From: Bacillota bacterium
Lineage (GTDB): Bacteria > Bacillota_I > Bacilli_A > RFN20 > CAG-826
Direction of reading: 5' to 3'
Assembly (NCBI GenBank): GCA_030537155.1
Contig: JAUNOH010000002.1
Coordinates: 59,816-123,815 of the forward strand
DNA: 64,000 nt
Within the stretch, counting starts at the first letter, position 1. Every line of letters begins with the position of its first letter. Of this stretch, positions 37,416 to 44,578 are shown piece after piece. Both the position numbers and the translations under genes were made by a program. The notes beneath the pieces were generated by a model. The model had not been told where the DNA came from. It worked only from the letters and a program-made list of their open reading frames with translations, and ran no database searches.

Positions 37416-38198
37416 ATGCATAAAAAATATTTGGCTTTCGGGCTACCAGTCTTAGGAGCCCTCGCAGTTGTAGGAAGCGGCTTTTCCGCTTGGGCGTTCG
37501 GAGGAAACACCACTTATGATGATGCATCTATCAATGTTGCCGTTACTGAAGTGGCCCAGTATGGTCAGGTAACGCCATTTAGCGATACCGTTTATTTGTT
37601 GCTTGACCAAGGTGGCCAGAGCAACGCCAGTGGCCAGGATTATGGTATTTCCTTTGTTAAGGTTGCAACGTCTTCTACTGATGGCGAAACCATAACTTTC
37701 AATAAAGATGAACCTGATACTTTTGAGATGGTTACATCGTTAGGTGCTACTTATTCTATTGATCAGGATTTAGTTGATACTCTAATTAATTCGGGCTTTA
37801 CCAAGTACAACCTTTCCTCAGAGATTTCTTTGACTAGCCCCTTGACTAATTATGTCGAGTTTAAGGCTCTGACAACCGCACAGAATTCAGATTCTACTTA
37901 TACATATTCTTTGGATAACAACGTTTTTAAAATGGTTGAGACGGATTCTCAAAGTCTTCCAACTTCCGGTGGAATTTCAAACGATGCTTTCCCGTCAATT
38001 GACGTCTCCAGCACCGAATCCACCTCTTCTGGAAGTAAGATTTATAGCGCCAACAAATTGCTTCAATACGCGACCGTTCCCCAGGAAGAATCCAGTACTG
38101 TTGTTGGTAAACCGACCGATTCTGCCGCCCTTTCCTCAATGTCTACTGCCCTGACATCGGCAACCATCACCGTCACCTTCACCGTCACCTGTGCCTGA
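37416..38198 (+). CDS. secreted Thr/Ser-rich protein with TasA/camelysin-type (SipW-cognate) signal peptide, 260 aa
   Basis: N-terminus MHKKYLAFGLPVLGALAVVGSGFSAWAFGGN. Compare B. subtilis TasA ...ALVGGGTWAAFND and camelysin ...IGGGTFAFF. AAAGGGGGGA RBS upstream. Confidence 0.7.
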   Translation: MHKKYLAFGLPVLGALAVVGSGFSAWAFGGNTTYDDASINVAVTEVAQYGQVTPFSDTVYLLLDQGGQSNASGQDYGISFVKVATSSTDGETITFNKDEPDTFEMVTSLGATYSIDQDLVDTLINSGFTKYNLSSEISLTSPLTNYVEFKALTTAQNSDSTYTYSLDNNVFKMVETDSQSLPTSGGISNDAFPSIDVSSTESTSSGSKIYSANKLLQYATVPQEESSTVVGKPTDSAALSSMSTALTSATITVTFTVTCA

Positions 38199-38298
38199 TT
38201 TATATGGGGCCTCCTTCATCCCCTGGGGGAGGCCCCGCCTCTACACCTTATTTATCAAGCCTATTCGTGACCATTAGTCTAATGGGGCTGAGATGAAT

Positions 38299-38336
38299 GT
38301 GGCTTGAGGGCCTTTGTGGCCGTAAGCCACGTTTTT
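38299..38336 (+). terminator. intra-operon terminator/attenuator hairpin between cluster genes 1 and 2
   Basis: GTGGCTTgaGGGCC-tttgt-GGCCgtAAGCCAC followed by GTTTTT. A second GC-rich 9-bp hairpin without a U-tail lies at 38206-38236. Confidence 0.55.
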
Positions 38337-38345
38337 AATGACACT

Positions 38346-38996
38346 ATGAAATACCTGAGACTGATAACCGCCTTGACAGTCCCGGCTCTCTCTGCCGGAT
38401 CTTTAATCGCGGTCGGGTATGCGTCTTGGGTGTTCTTGGATGTGCAAACAGCTACCGCCTCTGGCGAAGTTGTGGTGGCCTCGGAGTCGGTCTTAAACGG
38501 AGCTCTTACCTTAAGCATGGACCAATACTATTCGGAATTCAGGATCGTTTTCTCTCAGGGCGGTGCAGAACATCGCTATGAGGCGAACTATGGCATCGAC
38601 TTTGTACCTGAAATAGACTTTACCTTCACCTTTACCACCTCAACCCTCAATACTGCCGAATTCGACGGAACTAAGTTTTATATCGACTGTTCTTTCACCA
38701 CTGAGTCGACGGTATTTAACAATTACGCTTACCTCGTTACCTCAGATAGCAAAGTTGAGCTATTTGGCATCAGTGATGTAACCGCCACATCAACCAACCC
38801 AACAATTGTCGAAGAAACCGATGGCATTACTTATACCTACACCGGTTCCTATACTCCCGCTTTTGCCTATGTGAGCGAGAACAAGCCGACTACCGAATCG
38901 GCTTATAACACCATGATCAACGAGCTTAACAACGATGATGTTGCTAAGACCATCACGTTGACGGTCGCTCTGGAAAAGGAGACGACTACCTCATGA
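38346..38996 (+). CDS. secreted protein with SipW-cognate-type signal peptide, 216 aa
   Basis: MKYLRLITALTVPALSAGSLIAVGYASWVFLD. Same hydrophobic helix plus G-[FY]-[AS]-x-W-x-F motif as gene 1. The ORF-track start is a TTG at 38304. ATG 38346 is preferred. Confidence 0.65.
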   Translation: MKYLRLITALTVPALSAGSLIAVGYASWVFLDVQTATASGEVVVASESVLNGALTLSMDQYYSEFRIVFSQGGAEHRYEANYGIDFVPEIDFTFTFTTSTLNTAEFDGTKFYIDCSFTTESTVFNNYAYLVTSDSKVELFGISDVTATSTNPTIVEETDGITYTYTGSYTPAFAYVSENKPTTESAYNTMINELNNDDVAKTITLTVALEKETTTS

Positions 38997-41830
38997 ACTG
39001 GCTCGGATTTAAAAAACATCTAACCGGCATACTAGTCGCCTTAGGAGCGATTGTTCTTTCGGTTGGTACCGGCTTCTCCACATTCTATTTCTATGAAGCC
39101 GCCACGGCTTCCTCTAGCGTTAATGATGTCCCGGACGACATCAGGGAAAATCAGACCTTTGGCACGAACGACGACTCCATTACCGACACGACTAAGTACT
39201 ATGACGTCTACTTCATGCCCCAGATGGTGGATTTGACTGATTACGAAGACACAGTAGACGAGACGACGAGCAGCGTTGTCACCACTGCCACTGACGCTTG
39301 GACTGGCATCAAATACACAAATCTTGAAGTGACCACCTCCAGTGGCAAAACCAAAACGGTTAGGAATTATGAGACATTGCCAGATAGAGATACACTATTT
39401 TACAGAGATGTAGATTTAGATGACAAAAGCATCGCCAAAAGTTTTACTAGCGACTCTGTCACATATACAAGCCTCAATTCCACAATAAACTACGACCCGT
39501 CCGTTGATTATACCGACGATAATGACACCACTACGCAGGGAATGTGGGTGCCCGCTTACGGATATATGGATCCGGACACGCGCAAATATTGGGGAGAGGA
39601 GGTTCTTTCCACCACTTTTGAAGGAAATGCTGCTACCAGCTCCACCGGCGCTAATGGGGGAACGGCTACTTGGTCTTCATACAAAGGCTCTGTCTACCCC
39701 CTAACCTATCGCAAATACTCCAATGTAAGGAAAATCACAAACGACATGCTTGCGCAAGTCGGAACCCCTAAGGCTTGCATGTATGACTGCATGACCACTA
39801 TGTATAAGCTTGCCTTTTGTTCTTGGTCGGTTTCTTACATTAGTGGTTCTTATAAATACTATTCGAACAAAACAGATGATTACACTGACACAGCCACGAA
39901 TTGGCCAGGCAACTATCCATTTGAAGTTTCTGGGAGCTTCCCTACTAATTTTGAAATCGCCTATTTTGGCACCAGCTTGGATTTATATGAAGAAAAAGCC
40001 GTTTACATCAACGGGACCCCGACCCTGTTCTTCTATCCTGTTTATAGTACCGGCAAAGGCTATTATGAACTTAATAAGGACGGGTATGGAAAAGACGCCA
40101 TCAGGACCCATTATTATACCGGCGGGAATCAAGTGGTAGAATCGCTTCCCAAAGGTTATAAGAATCCTACCTTTTTGCCATATGACACAACGAATACCAA
40201 CAGCATTTCTTCTATAAAAAGCGGGGACTCAACACCATTGGCAAATGTCGAATGTTACCGCTATTCAAACATCAATTTTACCAGCAAGGCCGAGGCCTAC
40301 ACCGATGAAAACGCGATAAGTTTCAGCACGGACCCCGGTGTCAATGGGTCCCGCTCATGGCTAGGCACTTGGCATCCCATTTACTACGAGGGCTCCCCTT
40401 TTATCATCAATCGAAATACCGGGGTTTTTAACATTTATGTTTTTGTTCTCGTCTCCACATCTTCATCGGAAACCGCCTTTACGTCTGATGAAACGGAATT
40501 AATCATCAATTGCATGATTAATTCCGATGTGGAACCATATGTCCAGCCCTATGAATCTTATGATTGTGAGACGATAACCGTTGATAGCAACTATCGTGAT
40601 TATTTCATCGTCTTTGAAAAAGTTTACGAGCCCAGACTCATTGCAGGCCCCACCAAGACCTTTGATTATGAAAGTACTGGTTCCATTAATACACCGGTGA
40701 TTCGCGAAGAGCCTACCGGCATTGAAAAAGATTCTTTTTCCTGCAGCGACATCACCTTCGACTTCGAGAACGATTATGTGACGTACGATTATACCTCCCC
40801 CAACACCGGTTACACCTATAGGTTTACGGATTATTTCTTCTCGTTCCAGTTAGCAAAAAACGATGCATACAATTCATATATCGTAAGCCCGGTTAATGAG
40901 AGTTCGACGTTCTCTTATTCCATACCAGAGATTCAATATGTGAATGCGTCCGCCGCAGAACAATACAAGTCGAAGTCCATACTCATCTCGATATTAGAGG
41001 AATACAACGTTCTTTATAAGTATGAACATACGTCGACCAGCTATTTAGCGTATGAGGCATACGTTGAGAGCTTCGCTTTGGATTTCCAGCGACTTGGCGT
41101 TTATATTAGCGGAAAATTTACGTGTTTAGCCGATCTGGAAAAGGTCACGACTGTTAATGGTGTGACCTCTGCTTCCCTTGGTTACACAAACTATCTTGAG
41201 TATGCCGTAACCACCATGCAAAACCTTATCAGGCCTTTGGAGATCGGGGTTTATAATCTGGCCGTCCACATCAACTACGACACCACCTCTCACCGACCAT
41301 CGACAATTGACGTTTGGGCACACAAGAAACACAACTATTTCGTTAACGTCAACGGCACCGACAAAGGAACCGAAGCGACTCAGGACAGTACCAGCAGTAG
41401 CAGTGGCGACGTCAGCTATTACGCTAATGTCACCGATTATGATTACCAATATAGCAGCTACTATTACCTGCTTTCGTATATCATGCCGACCGACGAGTAC
41501 AACTATAAGGTGACTACAACCGTTGATGGCACGGAAACCACAACGACGTCGACAACAACTTTCTTACAAATTCTTTCGAATTATCATCAGCAGGGCAAAT
41601 GCCTTCAGGATCGTGTAACCGGGAAATACATAACCTATCAGGATTACCAAAATTATTCTGACGCCTTGGCCGAATACTCGAGTAGTATCAGCGCCGGCTT
41701 AACCGCCACGGCGCCACAGGCAAGTGCCTATAACCTCTTCCAAATCACAGGAAACCACATCCTACAAGCCGTTGCCGAACCCTCTTGGGTAACCTCATAT
41801 TCATCATCTTCCGCGGAGGCCTTACTATGA
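38993..41830 (+). CDS. large (945 aa) Thr/Ser/Tyr-rich secreted protein with SipW-cognate-type signal peptide
   Basis: MNWLGFKKHLTGILVALGAIVLSVGTGFSTFYFYEA... No recognisable domains. 4-nt overlap with gene 2. ATGA overlap with the downstream sipW-like gene. Confidence 0.7.
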   Translation: MNWLGFKKHLTGILVALGAIVLSVGTGFSTFYFYEAATASSSVNDVPDDIRENQTFGTNDDSITDTTKYYDVYFMPQMVDLTDYEDTVDETTSSVVTTATDAWTGIKYTNLEVTTSSGKTKTVRNYETLPDRDTLFYRDVDLDDKSIAKSFTSDSVTYTSLNSTINYDPSVDYTDDNDTTTQGMWVPAYGYMDPDTRKYWGEEVLSTTFEGNAATSSTGANGGTATWSSYKGSVYPLTYRKYSNVRKITNDMLAQVGTPKACMYDCMTTMYKLAFCSWSVSYISGSYKYYSNKTDDYTDTATNWPGNYPFEVSGSFPTNFEIAYFGTSLDLYEEKAVYINGTPTLFFYPVYSTGKGYYELNKDGYGKDAIRTHYYTGGNQVVESLPKGYKNPTFLPYDTTNTNSISSIKSGDSTPLANVECYRYSNINFTSKAEAYTDENAISFSTDPGVNGSRSWLGTWHPIYYEGSPFIINRNTGVFNIYVFVLVSTSSSETAFTSDETELIINCMINSDVEPYVQPYESYDCETITVDSNYRDYFIVFEKVYEPRLIAGPTKTFDYESTGSINTPVIREEPTGIEKDSFSCSDITFDFENDYVTYDYTSPNTGYTYRFTDYFFSFQLAKNDAYNSYIVSPVNESSTFSYSIPEIQYVNASAAEQYKSKSILISILEEYNVLYKYEHTSTSYLAYEAYVESFALDFQRLGVYISGKFTCLADLEKVTTVNGVTSASLGYTNYLEYAVTTMQNLIRPLEIGVYNLAVHINYDTTSHRPSTIDVWAHKKHNYFVNVNGTDKGTEATQDSTSSSSGDVSYYANVTDYDYQYSSYYYLLSYIMPTDEYNYKVTTTVDGTETTTTSTTTFLQILSNYHQQGKCLQDRVTGKYITYQDYQNYSDALAEYSSSISAGLTATAPQASAYNLFQITGNHILQAVAEPSWVTSYSSSSAEALL

Positions 41831-44478
41831 GTACCGTTTTCCCTGTCTTTAACATCCTCGCCAGCGCCGACCAGATCGAGGGCATCTCCTTTGCCGTCTC
41901 CATCACCGTCATCGCCTTATTGACGATCGCCTATGGCGTCCTTTTCTTCATCTACTACAAGCTATACGCCAAATGCGTCAACGGCTCATTAGAGGACGAC
42001 TACCTAAAGAGAGAGGTCGTCTATGAGCATAAACGCTACTTCAAGAAGACGGAGCCCGTGGTCAACGACCACGACCTTCAGGAAAGCGACAAGCGCGAAG
42101 GAACCATAACCTTAGGTGAGCATGTCGAGCAGCATAAGCGGACCAGGAATGGCTTGAAGTTCCTCTCCAACTCCATCTTGGTCGTCACCTACCTCATCTT
42201 CGTCGCCCTTATGGCCAGCGCCATCTATGTCCGCCGGAGCGGCGATATCTTCACCATCGGCGGTCAGGGCTATCTAATCATCGAGACCTCCTCCATGGAG
42301 ACCGTCAGCACCTCCAACACGGCGGTCGTCGAGGCCGGATTGGATGATCAGATCGAGGCCTTATCCTTAATCAATATTGTCTCCCTTGAAGATGAATCCG
42401 ATGTCTCCTTGTTCGACATCGTCGCCTTCCATGATTCGGATGGCAACATCATCGTCCACCGCGTCGTCTCCATCACCCAGGATAACGACACTGGGGAGAC
42501 CCTCTATACCTGCAGGGGCGACGCCAACACCGGCTCGGCCCTCTATGAGGTCGGATTGACCTTTGATGACCTATTGGGCAAATATGGCGGATTCCAAAAT
42601 TTCGGCTTAGGCGTCTTCATCTACTACATGAAGAGCCCCATCGGCTTGATCACCCTGGCCTTCGCCTTGGTTTTGGTTGGATTCTATGACCTGATGGATA
42701 TCCTCTTAGGTCGACGTATCGCCCAAAGGAAGATGGTCATGGTCGGCATCATCGATAATGAAATCGATAAAGCCATCTCCGATGACGATGAGATCCACTA
42801 TTTGGATTGGATCAGCAACAAGAAACGCAAGAAGTCGTTCAAGCCCAAAGAAGAGGAGAAGAAGGTTGAAGAACCCGTAGCCGAGGAACCCGCGCCGGTC
42901 ATCGAAGAGCCTGTGCCCGCCCCGGAGGTAGTCGTGGTGGCCGAAGCAGCCGAGAAGAAGGAATATCCTCGCACCAGCTTCCTCGACAAGATGGCCAACA
43001 TCGACGACAACCTCAAGCAGAAGTACAACGAACTGAAGGCCCACTTGCTCTCCTGGGATTTGAAGAGCCGCATCTCAAAATCCGGGGACACCTTCAGGAA
43101 GTCTTATAAGATGTATGCCCGCATCACGGTCTCGGGCAAATCGCTCAAGCTCTATCTGGCCCTCGACCCGAAGAGCTATGAGGGAACTACCTATCCGGTC
43201 CAGGATGTCTCCGCCAAGAAGGCCTTTGCCGAGATACCCTGCATGATCAAGGTCAAATCCGACCTCTCCCTGAATAGGGCTAAGAAGCTAGTTGACGATA
43301 TGTTCATCGACTCCGGCATCACGCCCTGGGAGGTTATTGAGCACGACCACTGGTCCGATCTATTCGCCAACCCCATCGAGGATGAAGAGCCCGAAGCGGT
43401 GGAGGAAGATGTCGAAGAGGTGGTCGAGGAGCCCGTGGTGGCCCCCGAACCCGTCGTCGTACCGGTCCCCGAAGAGGCTGCCCCCGTCGTCTATCAGAGG
43501 ACGAGCTTCCTCGATAAGATGGCCGGCATCGATGATGACCTCAAAGCCAAATACAACGAGCTTAAGGACTACCTGCTATCCTGGGATCTGAAGAGCCGCA
43601 TATCTAAATCCGGCGATAGCTTCCGTAAGTCCTATAAGATGTACGCGAGGATCGCCGTATCCGGAAAGGCATTGAAGCTATACCTGGCTTTGGATCCCGC
43701 CGCATATGCCGATAGCCCGATCCCGGTGAAGGACGTCTCCTCCAAGAAGGTGTTCGCCGAGATCCCGGCCATGATCAAGGTCAAGTCGGATCTCTCCCTC
43801 AACAGGGCGAAGAAACTGATCGACGATATGTTCGTCGATTCGGGCATCACCCAGTGGGAGATAACCCCCGAAGATTATTATTCGGCCCTCTTTGCCGGAG
43901 ATGAGCCCATAGAGGACGATGAAGAGGTCGTGGACGAGGAATCTCCCGCCACGGAGGCTCCCGCGCCCGTAGAGCCCGAAATCGTGCCTGAGGAGCCTGA
44001 AAGCGCCCCCGAGGAGGAAGCCCCTGCCGAAGCGGCCGCCGAAGGATATAAGAGGTTATCCTTCTCCGATAGGCTCGATAACGCCTCCGAAAGCCAGATT
44101 GAGCAGTATAACGCCATCAAGCAGGCCTTCTACGAATATGGCCTAAAGGGCCGTTACTCGGCCTCGGGCGAATCCTTCAGGAAGCATGGAAAACGCTATG
44201 GCAAGCTATGCTTCACCCAGAAGGGTTTGAGGTTATACCTCTCGCTGGATCCCGCTTCCTTCGCGGATAGCCCGATCCCGGTGAAGGATTGCTCGTCCAA
44301 TAAGTCGGTCTCCGATGTGCCTTGCTCCATCAAGATCAGGAGCCCGCTCTCGTTAAAGAGGGCCCTCCAGATGATCGAGCAGGCCCTAGCCGAGGATGAT
44401 CTCCCAAAGAAAGAGGTTAAGCCCGTCGACCACTACGCCGAAATACTGGCTACCCTCGAGGAGAAATCCAAGTCTTAG
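41827..44478 (+). CDS. sipW: SipW-type (ER/archaeal-type Ser/His) signal peptidase I fused to a ~550-aa C-terminal repeat-containing tail (883 aa)
   Basis: LKFLSNSILVVTYLIFVALMASAIYV...GYLIIETSSMETV aligns with B. subtilis SipW LKRLLTWSVNIILIILLAFLSVYNA...LKAVLSGSMEPEF. IVHRVVSI aligns with VTHRIVDI. CRGDANTG aligns with TKGDNNAA. KSPIGLITLAFALVLV aligns with SQPIGTAVLLIVPGV. Catalytic Ser codon at 42292-42294. His codon at 42457-42459. The C-terminal tail has three tandem repeats starting at 42964, 43492 and 44047. Confidence 0.8.
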   Translation: MSTVFPVFNILASADQIEGISFAVSITVIALLTIAYGVLFFIYYKLYAKCVNGSLEDDYLKREVVYEHKRYFKKTEPVVNDHDLQESDKREGTITLGEHVEQHKRTRNGLKFLSNSILVVTYLIFVALMASAIYVRRSGDIFTIGGQGYLIIETSSMETVSTSNTAVVEAGLDDQIEALSLINIVSLEDESDVSLFDIVAFHDSDGNIIVHRVVSITQDNDTGETLYTCRGDANTGSALYEVGLTFDDLLGKYGGFQNFGLGVFIYYMKSPIGLITLAFALVLVGFYDLMDILLGRRIAQRKMVMVGIIDNEIDKAISDDDEIHYLDWISNKKRKKSFKPKEEEKKVEEPVAEEPAPVIEEPVPAPEVVVVAEAAEKKEYPRTSFLDKMANIDDNLKQKYNELKAHLLSWDLKSRISKSGDTFRKSYKMYARITVSGKSLKLYLALDPKSYEGTTYPVQDVSAKKAFAEIPCMIKVKSDLSLNRAKKLVDDMFIDSGITPWEVIEHDHWSDLFANPIEDEEPEAVEEDVEEVVEEPVVAPEPVVVPVPEEAAPVVYQRTSFLDKMAGIDDDLKAKYNELKDYLLSWDLKSRISKSGDSFRKSYKMYARIAVSGKALKLYLALDPAAYADSPIPVKDVSSKKVFAEIPAMIKVKSDLSLNRAKKLIDDMFVDSGITQWEITPEDYYSALFAGDEPIEDDEEVVDEESPATEAPAPVEPEIVPEEPESAPEEEAPAEAAAEGYKRLSFSDRLDNASESQIEQYNAIKQAFYEYGLKGRYSASGESFRKHGKRYGKLCFTQKGLRLYLSLDPASFADSPIPVKDCSSNKSVSDVPCSIKIRSPLSLKRALQMIEQALAEDDLPKKEVKPVDHYAEILATLEEKSKS

Positions 44479-44578
44479 CCCCCCGAAAAGAAACGGTTTT
44501 TGCCCATTTGTCTATTTATGACAAATTCCAGCGCAAATCCCGTTTCTTTTTTTGTTATATAACTAAAATAAACATCGT

